Assembly (NCBI GenBank): GCA_021613535.1
Contig: CP075492.1
Location: 1,302,001-1,366,000, forward strand
Origin: Adineta vaga
Lineage: Eukaryota; Animalia; Rotifera
DNA length: 64,000 bases
Reading direction: 5' to 3'
The position numbers and the translations under genes were made by a program. A model generated the notes under the pieces. It did no database searches and was not told the origin of the DNA. It worked only from the letters and a program-made list of their open reading frames with translations. Positions within the stretch are counted from its first letter, which is position 1; each line of letters starts with the position of its first letter. Below, one piece after another: positions 12,123 through 23,900 of this stretch.

Positions 12123-15100
12123 TTATATTGTTAGAATTGATTCATATGATGGTGGTTGTTGTTCAAAATGATTAGACACTCTCGTTAATGGAATTGTGTA
12201 AGGTATATCAATTTCACTTCTTTGAATATTTCTTAAAGATAATGTTCCTGTTTGAACATGTTGATCTTGTCTAGACATTCTTTTACGTTTACATCGATAT
12301 ACACAACAACTAATAACTATTATAATTAATACACTCGAAATTGGAACCATAATAGCAATGATTTTCTTCTGAGATGATGTACTTGGATGATTTGACATAC
12401 AACTATCACATAATTGAGAATGATCTATGTTAAAAATAAAAACAAATAAGTCTATGTTAGTGTACTCTTTTATAAATCTACTTGTTGTTAACGTAATTGG
12501 ATAGAAATGAATTGATGATGGACCATCTGCTGTAATTCGAAAAGTTGGTTGAAAATTTTCTTGAGCTGTAGTAACGACTAAAATATATCTACCAGTAGAC
12601 TGTAAAGTATAGCTAATTCCAACATGTAGATAATTATCACCATCATAGTTAGATGTAATCAAATTTATATAACGACGAGATGGTTTAAAAGAATTATTAT
12701 AAAGATAACCAATCATATCTATTGAACTGTTACCGAAAAATATATAAAAACCATTTATAGAAGTTTCAATGCGATACGCTTGATAAAAATAGCAACCATG
12801 ATCATTAATTGAATCTAAACGAGAATATGTTGAACCACCACAGAATAAAACACCATGATAATAACCTAAAATAAGATAAAAGACATATACTATATATTCT
12901 TATTTATTTTTCTTTACTCACTTTTTATTTGATTAATCGGAGTTAAATTAACAGGTGTTGGACCGATTGCTTTGATCAAAAATGCTCCTGTAATATTGTA
13001 TCCAAATGAAGTAATAACCAAAATATATTTACGTTGACATTGTAAAGTAATATTAATACGAAATTGTGTATTATCATTACTATCATCATCAGATGCAATT
13101 AAATTGAAATTAGAATAATATGGATTAAATGAATTTTCATAAATGTAACCATATATATCGAATGAACTACTACTCATTAAAAAAATATGTACCATTCTTA
13201 GTAGCAATGATTTCAATAGCTTCCCATGTAACACTGAAACGCAGAAAAAACGCGTTTAGACGCGTTTAGTCTGCGTTTGAACGCGTTTTATGTTTCAAAT
13301 GATACTTGAACCGCGTCTAAACGCATCCTATGGGCGCGTTCGAACGCGTTCCTAGTAAGAAACGCGTCCAGACGCACTTAAAACACAAACGCGTTTGATT
13401 TCTATATCGCGTTTTTGCCCGTTTCCTGAGGCGAGAGCGTTTAGGCGCGTCGGAAACACGCGTCCTGATGCGTCTGAACATAGAAAGCGTTTAGACGCGT
13501 CTGATACGTGCGTTCTAACGCGTTTGATCTAAGAAACGCGATTAAGCGCGTTGGAAATAGGAACGCGTTTCACTGATGTTGATATTCGAATGCGTTTTAG
13601 AGATAACCTGGATGATAAACGCGTTCAGATGCGTTCCAGATGCGAATGGATTTCGATGAAAAGGTCTCGAAATAGCTTTTTGATATGAAGATAAAACTAT
13701 GGTTTTAGAAAATATCTTTTTGTGTTTGATTCAGTAAATTTAAGAGTTGTCGTTGATTAGATATGATTCATGAAATATTTCTATATAATTGTGTCATCTT
13801 AGAACAGAAGTTAATATCTTTATCCTATAGACTATTTTAGTTTTGTTTCCATTGAAATTCTATTTTTAGTCGAAAATTTCAGTTTAAATTACACAAATGG
13901 GAAAAAGAAGTATATAATTAAAAACATGAATTGCAGATATAGAATAGAGGTAAAAGGAATAATTTTCATAAACAAAATTTAAATATAAATAATCCTTTAA
14001 CATATTATTGATTGGAAAGAAAACCAATCAGATGTATGAAGAAGTTTATCAAACAAAATAATAGAACTCAAGAAAATAGAAGATGTATTTATAAACAATA
14101 TTCACATAATTCTCATTTTTGTTTGTTTTTCATTTAATATTTAGAAAATAAAGAGTTTACTATTCTTATTATATATAAATAAATATATTTCGTTTTTGAT
14201 CTTGTAGAAAAGAAAATATCAGATAATAATTATTCAATTGTAATTATTTATTTTATTGAATTTAATTTATATTTCATATTTTAATGGATCTTTTTACGAA
14301 ATATTGTTAAAACTATAAGATTTTTGTTTACATTTGAATTAAATATAAAAAATAGAAAGATAAACTTGTTTCTTCGTCGAAATAACTTTTTCTTCATAAT
14401 AGTTCAAAAAAATGATTCTCGAATTTTTATGTTTTTTGGTATTATTAAAATTCTGATAAGATTCATATTTTTCTTGAATAATTCTATTTTATACTTCAAT
14501 TACCTTATTTTATTTTCCAATATAGATCAAAATAAACTAAATATGAAAGTATATACGAGTTTTGATAAAAGATGGTTTTTGTTATTGAACTGAATATTAA
14601 TTAATTATCAATATCGGAAAATATGTAATCTAATCTAAAATATAATTCTTTGCTATAAAGACATGTATTATCTAAGTAGAATTGAATTTTCAAATGATAT
14701 CTATATATAAATGATAGTTCATCGAGCATATATGGCTCAATCGTAAGTCACTTGTTTTCTATTCACATGTTCATATGTTCTAGTCTCGTTCATCGCACAA
14801 ATCAAAATTAATTATGTAAGTCATAAAATATATTCTGTACTATGCCTCTAGGATAGAGATGATCATCATGAGGTTCTGATGGTGACGTAGTTCAAATCTA
14901 CGAGTACAAAAAAATATTTTTTTTTGCAATTTTTTCGAAACGCGTCTGACGCGTCAGGTGTTTCATAAATTATTCGGATGCGTTTGAACGCGTTTTGTTT
15001 TCGAGCGCGTCTAAACGCATCTGTGAAACGCATCTGAACGCATCCTCGAAACGCATCTAGACGCATCAGATGTTTCATATAGGATGCGTCCAGATGCGTT

Positions 15101-15830
15101 TATAAGACGCGTTTCGGATGCGTTTTCAAACGCGTTTATAACCAAAAAAATTTCACATGGGTTGATAATAATGATTATTTGAATTACTTGTTGATCGAGT
15201 GAATTGTAAATTGTCAGATGATAAAAAACCTGAATAAGTAGATGTAAATATAGGTGAAATTGTAGCTAAAATAAATTTATACAATATTTCTAAAAATGTA
15301 ATATAGATTTATTTACTTGTTGTCGTTGATTCTAAAACGAAATTATCATAGTGAATAAGTTGAACATATGATGGACCTTCAGCGATGATTGAAAACCATC
15401 CTGTAATATATGAAGAATAAGTGGTAACAATCAGAACATAAGTTTGGTCAGATTTTAAATCAAGATTAATTTGAAATTGTCGATCAAAACCATTATCATC
15501 ATCATATACAATCATACTTTGAGAAGGAATAGTTATATCAACAGGATAATGATGAAAAGATCCATAAGTATCGAAAGTACTGTTGCTTGTAAAACTATAT
15601 GAACCAGTTGAAAAAATTCTTACTGCGATCGCATGAAAATAGTAATCGTTTGTGTATTCATTAGGTCGCATAAATGTTGAACTATATGAAGATAAAGCAT
15701 TTGTGTAATTTGTTGTTACACGAGCATCTACAACTTCTAAAATATAATTTATAAAAAATGAAATAGTAAACAATATTATACGATAAAATATATTTTTACT
15801 ATTAATGAACAAGTTGAAAATGAGTTCCAT
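12123..15830 (-). CDS. Type I membrane protein with three PPC-like ectodomains, TM and PPxY tail; interrupted by a transposon and a 1-nt frameshift (possible pseudogene)
   Basis: Exons include 15317-15736, 15162-15265, ~12918-13220 and ~12123-12865. Repeats FDTYG/FDIYGY/DMIGYLY. TM IIAIMVPISSVLIIIVISCCVY, C-terminal PPSY. YYQ|AIEIIAT is split by the insertion; a 7-nt homopolymer (A7 on +, 13179-13185) shifts the frame. Confidence 0.75.
13223..15161. mobile_element. Non-autonomous CACTA/EnSpm (CMC)-like DNA transposon, 1939 bp, inserted in an exon
   Basis: Termini CCCATGT...ACATGGG. 2-bp TSD TT at 13221-13222 and 15162-15163. Dense subterminal ACGCGT/GATGCGT repeats at 13240-13640 and 14935-15140. 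AT-rich non-coding core. Removing it with one TSD copy restores YYQAIEI. Confidence 0.88.
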
Positions 15831-16275
15831 TTTTATAATATTGTATATTAATGAATTGTACATAATCTTGTAAAAATGATTGTCTCTTTCAATTTGAATT
15901 GTTAATGTTGTATTGACTGTATTCAAATTGAGACGTCATATATAAAGAGAGAGATTAGTTTCTTTTCGGCGAAAGAAAGAAAACGATGGATATTGCACAA
16001 GTTCTTTTTTCTACATAATCGCATTGATATATATAGTGAAGTGATTCTTATCATTGTCAAATAAACTTTTATAGTCAAAACAGGTAAGAATAAAAACAAA
16101 TTTGATACTTGAATGATTTTCGGCGAGCACGTATTAGTCTTGGAAATTTTCATGTTTGATTTATCAGTAATTCTTTGTTTGCTAATGTATTACCATGTAC
16201 ATCTATTTGTATGTATTCTTTAATTTTGAAAATGTCCATGCAATCAATATTCATGATGAAAAATAAGAAGCAAGA

Positions 16276-16328
16276 TGAAGGGTGTGGGTATGAGTGTGAT
16301 TGCTATACTCTCATCCATACCCTCAAGA
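16276..16328. repeat. Telomere-like palindromic element
   Basis: TGAAGGGTGTGGGTATGAGTGTG...CATCCATACCCTCAAGA. Confidence 0.8.
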
Positions 16329-16710
16329 ATACGAGGTTCTAAATCTGTTCTCAATAACATATTATTGATAGCTGGATTATGTTCATCTCTGGCCTTCAAA
16401 TTCAAAGAAATTATGTTTTGAAAGCCACAAAGGTCTCCCTGCTGACTCTCACTGTGATCATCACAGTGTGATGATTTCTGATAGAAGAGGCTTTAGCGCT
16501 GATGGGGCTACGCTTTCCTTTATTTCTTCATATCATATGTCGCATCGTTCTCTCACTGATTCTTCACACTCACCCTGATGATGCTAACACTCTGTTGACC
16601 TTTTTCTAGACCTAGGGAAGCACCATGGAGAGTTTGGTGATCTTAGCTATTACAGGGACTGAATGGCTAGCGAACAGGCAGACAAACATACTACTTTATA
16701 TATAGAGATA

Positions 16711-16908
16711 TTGAGAAATTTTTCTGTAAGTCAACAATGGTACAACTAATTGAGCTGATCTTTGAAGTCGACCAAGATATTGATGAGATAATTCTGTGCA
16801 CAAAATTTCAGCTCAATCGTATGCAGTTGTGACGAGTTATCGTGTAAACGGATGACCGGCTGGATACGCTGAGTGATTTTAGTAGTGTACTCACTTTTTG
16901 AGTACACA
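16711..16908 (-). mobile_element. 5' fragment of the HINE/DINE-1-like family seen at 19043-19955
   Basis: Same terminal hairpin GTGTACTCA-CTTTT-TGAGTACAC and AAAATTTCAGCTCAATCG block, in reverse orientation. The adjacent 16580-16640 also resembles 19575-19635. Confidence 0.7.
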
Positions 16909-17620
16909 ATAAAATAAATAATCTGTGTAAATAACTTTTATTTTATTCATAGCATTCTTATAGTTTTTCACGATTGGTTTGTTTTTTCGTATTCATAAGA
17001 AACACGTTTATTCTTGGATATATCTATAATGTGTAAAAGTGTATTTTGTCTGTCGATTCAAAGGTAAATTCAAATTATTATCAATATGCTATTGGTTAAT
17101 AAAAATCAAAATAAGCATTTTCGATATGGATTCAATATTGTCTGCAATTTGACGTCAATGTCGTATTATATCTATAGATGTTGAAGGTCCTTTTGAATAG
17201 TCGATACAGTCCAAAATCATTTGCTTTAAATATAGCTGACAGGAAAAAAGTACGAAGATTTAATATATTTCCTTTTTGATTTAGCTTCATCAAATCTATA
17301 AATGTTATCGACATCCTGACCATATACTAACAGTGGATGGGATTGGCAATGGGATGAACCAACCAAATTTAAAGCTTATTGTTTTATATGTTGTCTTATT
17401 CTACTTATCATATTGCGAGAACTTTCTTAATACACAGAAGATGTTCTGTTAGATTAAATCTCTAATTGAAACTATGTAGATATGGATAAAATGCAACAAG
17501 ATATGTGAACGTACAGTCTCAAGTTGATTTTTCTATTTATTTATCCTTTTTTTATTTGCTGATTATTAATTAAAAATTTTTTCGTTATACATCACTATCA
17601 TTTACGAGAAGTTATTTCAT

Positions 17621-18790
17621 TCAATTTTCAACAACAAATTTTTGTACTCGATTATTCTCATTGTCGACAACATACAGATTTCCTTCTCCATCGAATGCTA
17701 TACCGTCTGGCCCATATAATGTATGTGAAGATCTGCCCTTTCCATATCCACCAACAACAATCCATGGATTTTTAGATTTTTCTGGCCAACATACCACTCG
17801 ATGGTTGAATTCGTCAGCTACATAGAGATTATTCGAATGATCAATAGCCACTCCACTCTGAAAAAACAATTGTTCAACATGATCACCATGACCATTTCCA
17901 CCGGCAACAATAATTCCTTCTGTTGCATTCTTCATCCATTTCATCACACGATTATTATTCTTATCTGATACATAAATTGAATAATCTTGACCGATAGCGA
18001 GATAAGTAGGGTTTTCAAGTTGATTTAGACCCTTTCCACATCCATTTCCCCCAGCAACAAGTGTTCCATTTGATTTTTCATCCATCCAACGTTTTACTGC
18101 ACAATATTCCGAATCACTAACATAAATAGCTCCATTTCGATCGATGGCTAAACCATAGCAAGAAATGTTCGAAATAATTATTTGACTTTTACTCGAATTC
18201 TGAAGAGACCATTTCATTACTCGATGATTTCCTGTATCGCAAACGATAAGTGAATTGTTTTGTTTATGAATAACTACATCTTTTGGTGTATTTAATTGAT
18301 GAAGTCCACTTCCTTTACGATTTCCACCAGCAACAATTTCACTAATGGTTAAATTTGGTCTTCGTCGAATAATTCGATGATTGAACTGATCAGCAATATA
18401 AACGGATCCATCATCATTATCAATATCAATTCCTTTAGGAGACGTTAACTCCCTCCCTCCAATGATAGTAATTCCATATTGATTCCATGAGTAATAATTA
18501 TAACCTAAAATAATTCATTTAAAATCATTGTATTTAAAATTTATATTCGTATATGAAAAATAAATTATACCTTCTGTTACTGTTGTTGTTACAGTTAATG
18601 ATGCTTCTGTTGTTACCATTGTTGATTTTGCATTTTTTATATTCTCTTTCATGATCGTGATTAAAATAATAATAATGATTGATATAATCAATATACTAAC
18701 AATACTAACAAATAATTTACATATCCTTTTTTGTAATCGACTACGATCATTTCTAAAATAATAGATTATTCTTTTAACTTTATTTATCAT
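17621..18790 (-). CDS. Type II membrane NHL-repeat (beta-propeller) protein
   Basis: Exon 18571-18790 with TM, intron 18505-18570, then WNQYGITIIGG and NHL repeats (IYVSDKNNNRVMKW, LYVVDNENNRVQKF). Confidence 0.88.
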
Positions 18791-19042
18791 TTGAAATACA
18801 CGTACATTATTTCTAATGATTGAGATGAATGATTGTCTTTTGTATTAGACTAAAAACAAAGTAAAATATAACAAAAAATTGACTCCATACTATTACTTCA
18901 TGAATAATGTATTCATCATTGTTAATTGTTGATAGGTGATTCATGTCTGATACTCGGATCAAATTGATATGATGGAAAAATCTACAAAAATAATATCAAT
19001 ATCATGAATTCATAATAAAAACTAATCAGATCATTTCTTTTT

Positions 19043-19955
19043 TGTGTACTCAAAAAGTGAGTACACTACTAAAATCGGTCAGTGTCCGGCCGTCCGTCCG
19101 TTTATCCGATAACTTTCGAAAGGAGAGTCCGATTGAGCTGAAATTTTCCACACAGTTTAGCCTCATTAATATCTCAGTCGAGTTCGAAGATGAGACCGAT
19201 CGGTCAAGAATTGCTTGAGTCCTCGTAAAAATACTGAAAACTGGCCAGACCATCCCTGAGGAGGAGTACGGGGATTTTTTGCAAAATGTTTTTTTTTCGT
19301 CATCTTCACAGGATATATTGGTCTGCTGGGCTTCGTGTGCATTACCTTTGTGTCCTCAAGTCCTGAGAGTGAATGTGGGTGATATAAGTGATCTGGGTGA
19401 AATTTCACCCAGATGGTTTTATGATGGGTGAAGTCTTCAAACTTTATATGGTGGTTTCCTGGGCGCGGAATAGCATCCAGAACACGTCTGAACATGAGGA
19501 AGGAGTGTGGATGACGATGAGAGCTAGGTTAACCAGGGCGAAGTGTCAGTCAAGATGTTCCACGTAAATAATGTCACCATAGTTTCTCAGGTGGCTTCCT
19601 CGGTCTAGAGAAACGTCCATAAACTGTTGGCACAATAGTAAAGATAAGAAGTTGACCTATGTAAAGTTTTCTGGTGACATACAAGATGAAAATAAGTGGT
19701 ATATGCATAAGCCAGGTAATTTATTTCATATGATGAAAACTGAGTGGACTGCTTGAACAGTTCTGATGAAATTTTCTACGGAGTATTGCGATAATGATAT
19801 CTCAATTGAGTTTCAAGAAGCGCCTGATCAGCCGAATGATTTGTGAGTTATTAGAAATAGTGGTATTTCGGTATGACTTCATTATGTCTTCTGTCTGATA
19901 TACTTTTTGCAGTACACATAACATTCGGATAAAATCCGAAGTTTCCGCATTTATT
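19043..19955 (+). mobile_element. Apparently full-length Helentron-associated (HINE/DINE-1-like) non-autonomous element
   Basis: Follows a T-run. 5' hairpin TGTGTACTCA..TGAGTACAC, GTCC microsatellite near 19085-19100, subterminal inverted copy AGTACACA at 19911, 3' stem-loop TTCGGATAAAATCCGAA at 19924-19940. Confidence 0.72.
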
Positions 19956-20967
19956 CATTATAACAGATGTGACTTAGCGCATTTACATCATTTTATTTTT
20001 CAAATGTTTTTATACAGGATATGGAAGTAAATTGTATCATTCAACATTACATATCATACTTACTGAAATAAAATACGCAAAATTAGGATTTTGTTTTATA
20101 ACGAGAAAAAAAAGTATGTAAAGAAACAAAATGACGTATTTTCAAAGTATCGTTAGTAATCTTATTTTATTTTTATCGATCAAGAATAAAAAGCTTTTAG
20201 CATAATCTCTAGCGGAAATAAAAGTGTGAAACACGATTATGCTGATAACACCTTATAAATCCGATATCTCTTACGATTTCTGATAAAAGCCTATCGAGAT
20301 CTTCAACACACAATTTAACGGTTTTCTCCTTTGAATTTAGTATAAATATAAGCACGGAGAGAGAGAGGAGGCAACGAGGGGGTCAATTATTGGCACGCGT
20401 TCTTACCTGTTTTCCTTCAGCACGGCTGAGACTTGTGATCTTATGCTAACGTATATCTATTACTGTCTGTGATTGGATTATGCAAGTCGGTAACGGTCTG
20501 TGGGATGGGGGTACCAATATCTGTCTTTAAATTTAAACACTTTAACACTCTCTTTCATACTGTGTTTCACAAAACTATTTTAGCAGAAAATATTCTTCTT
20601 TAATTTTTTTGTCTGAAAACAATCGGCTTTGGTTTAAAAAGAATATTATGAGTTTTGAAAATAGATATCACGTAATTCTAAATGTCACACTAAAACATTA
20701 TTTCTTTTCCTTTCAACGATCCTGATTTTTAATGTTATTTTAACAATAATTGCATTAAAATACATTGCATTATGTTGTCGTTTTAATTTGATTTAGGCAC
20801 TGGAAAAGGAAAGGGAATTGCGTTCATCCGTTTATTTAACTATTGTCAGTACTGTGTTTGTCACAAATGTTCTAATAAATATTGATGTTAATGAACATTG
20901 CCAAGAACATATCAAGTTTTTCAATAACAAAATAAAACTTATTCTTTTTTTCATAAAAATCTTAATT

Positions 20968-23900
20968 ATGTCTACAAGATCATCATTATACAAATATATA
21001 CATGAAAAATGGCTTACATGGAATATGTTTAATTCTCGATCAACAGATCCAACGATTAAACATCAAGAAATATTATCAACTCGTCTCTACTTTATTCTTA
21101 TTATAATTTCTTTTTCAATTTTAACAACATATATTTCTATTAGTATTCAAACTAAGAATACGATTATACCATTTCCAACTCAATCTATGTATGAAAATCT
21201 TCAAAAACAATATCCAAATAATTTACAATGTTCATGTAATAAAACAGTAATACTTTATAAAACATTTGTGAAAATTATTCCATCATTTCATCAAGTTTGT
21301 TCAAGTGATTTTATTTCACAACAATGGATCGATTTTATATTTCAAGTTGATTCAACATTAATTTATCCAATTGATATTCGAACAAGTTTAAGTTCAATGT
21401 GGCAATTGATTAAATCATTTTGTCAAAGTGCAACAATGACAATTTTCGATCGAATTAATCAATTTTATAATTCATTTTTGATTGAACCAATGTTATTAAC
21501 TGAACAAGTATTAGAAGCAAAAGTTCAAACTATTTTATATTCATTATTTCAAATGACATTATCGAATTTCATACAATCAATAGAAATTGTTTATAGAATA
21601 ACACAAGTAAATCAATTTATAACTGGATTATTAACAAATTATATTGCAATAACAAAAGAATTTAAACCAATCAATATCTATTATCCCGAATATACTATTG
21701 GTTCAATGACAATATCTTCTTATATAGGAATGATTGAAAATGAATATATATTTAAAGATTCTTCTATAACTTGTTCTTGTAAAATTAATCGTTCATGTCC
21801 ACTTTCTGGTAATATTTATTTATATAATCGTTTAGATAAACTTGGAATATATAATATGAAAAACATTCATCCAAACACAACATTACCCGGTCTTATTGTT
21901 GATTGTTTACCCATTCAAATGCTATTTTCTTCAACATTAGAATGTTTTTATAATCAAACATGTTTAAATATTCTTCTTTCATTTTATTCCAATCAAATAA
22001 ATATATCAATATTAAATCCATCATTATCAACACGTTTTGATTTAACAACAAAGATAAAATTAATTCTTAATGAACTTTTCATTGAAGAAATATTCAATGA
22101 AACAAATTATAAAAAATATTATTTCGAATGTAAACCAATGAATTGTCATTATAATTATTCAAGTCGTTTAGATTGGATTTCTATTTTAACTATTCTATTT
22201 GGTCTTCTTGGTGGTATAACATCAGTTTTACGTATTATTACTCCATTTATTATTCAATTAATTTTCTTTATAAAAAAACGATTCTTTTCAAAATCAATTC
22301 AACAAGTTAAACAAAATCAAACAATTCGAATTCGTCTAAAACATTTTTATCAATTTATACAAATGAAAATACTTAATTTAAATATTTATAATCAACATTC
22401 TCATGATAAAAATCGTGTTTATCATGGTATTTTATCAACATGGTTATATATTATTTTATTTTTAATTTCAATCTGTATTATTATTTTATTTTCTAATTTA
22501 TCAAATCAAACAATAAAAAAAACTATTTTAAATCCATCAATAGAACAATATAAAATATTATATAAACAATATTCAACAAAATTAACATGTCCATGTACTC
22601 AAATATCCATACCTTTTAAAGATTTCATCAAAATTCAAGTTAATTATCATCAAATATGTTCAAGTGATTTTATCAAATCATCGTGGTATGAAAATTTTCC
22701 TTCATCTTTATCTTTTCATTATCTTGAAGAAATCAATTTTTTCTTAATTGCATCATCCTATTTTCAAACATTATCAACATTTTGTGAATTTGCAAATACA
22801 ACAATAAATGATGCCATTCAACGATTTTCAAATATAATTTTTGTTAATTCACAACTTTTATCAAATGATTCATTTATTCAAACAATAGATTCATTCATTA
22901 ATACATTTATTGAATCAACACGAAATGAATTTCAATATCAAATGTTATTAATTAATATATCATTACATGCAAATCATTATGTAAGTAATATAAAATTAAG
23001 TACACATCTTTATCCATTAATAAGTCAAGATCAACTTGGAAAATATCATATAGATATAAATATATATGAATTATTAATTCATAGTCTAAAAGGTAAACTA
23101 TGTCGTTGTATACGTGATTCAGCATGTAGTATAAATTTTAAAATGTATTTTCGTCATCATGAGACTAATATTAATTGGGAAGTTGAAGGTATACAAGGTG
23201 GTTGTTCTGTTCTTGATTCTGTATTTAAATCATCAATGATTTGTTTGTTTAAAAATAGTTGTTTAAATCGTTTACAATTACTTATTTCAAAATTAATTGA
23301 TAGAAAATTAATTTCTCCAAAAATATTAAATCGAACATTATTTAGTCAATATTCTCTTGATACTTCAATAAAAACAATTATTGATGAAATGATGATTGAA
23401 TATTGGAATATTTCATATTCATTTGACAAATTTTATTATCAATGTAAACCATTATCTTGTTCAGTTATTTATGAAAAGAAAACAAATATTGTTTATATTA
23501 TAACTATTATTATTAGTCTTATTGGTGGAATTAATATTATTCTTCGATTAATTTCACCAATTCTTATTAAAATTATTAAATCATTAAAAATACAAATTCG
23601 AAATGATCATTATCATTTCAATAGAATTTCTACTCGTATTCGAAATCTTATCAATAAATTGAAAAATCAACTTCTAATGTTAAATTTATTTGATAGTGAA
23701 TCAAATGATATTGAAATAAATCGACGTGAACGAATAACAACAAGAATTTATCTTATAATCTTTTCGATTACAATTTATATTATAACAATTTATACAATTT
23801 ATTCAAATATCAATATAAATAAAATAATTTTAAATCCTTCAGAAAATGAATATAATCAATTATTAATATCTTATTCGAATTCATTGGATTGTCCTTGTAA

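Noticed and set aside
14324-15078. ORFs inside the CACTA-like element as a transposase
   Set aside because: Short, low-complexity or derived from subterminal repeats; no transposase motifs.
19050-19495. ORFs 19050-19253 and 19166-19495
   Set aside because: Lie within the HINE-like element and show no recognisable protein motif.
20818-20967. N-terminal extension of the 1362-aa ORF (and similar TTG/GTG starts elsewhere)
   Set aside because: Non-ATG starts come from the ORF caller; eukaryotic context favours the first ATG or a splice acceptor.
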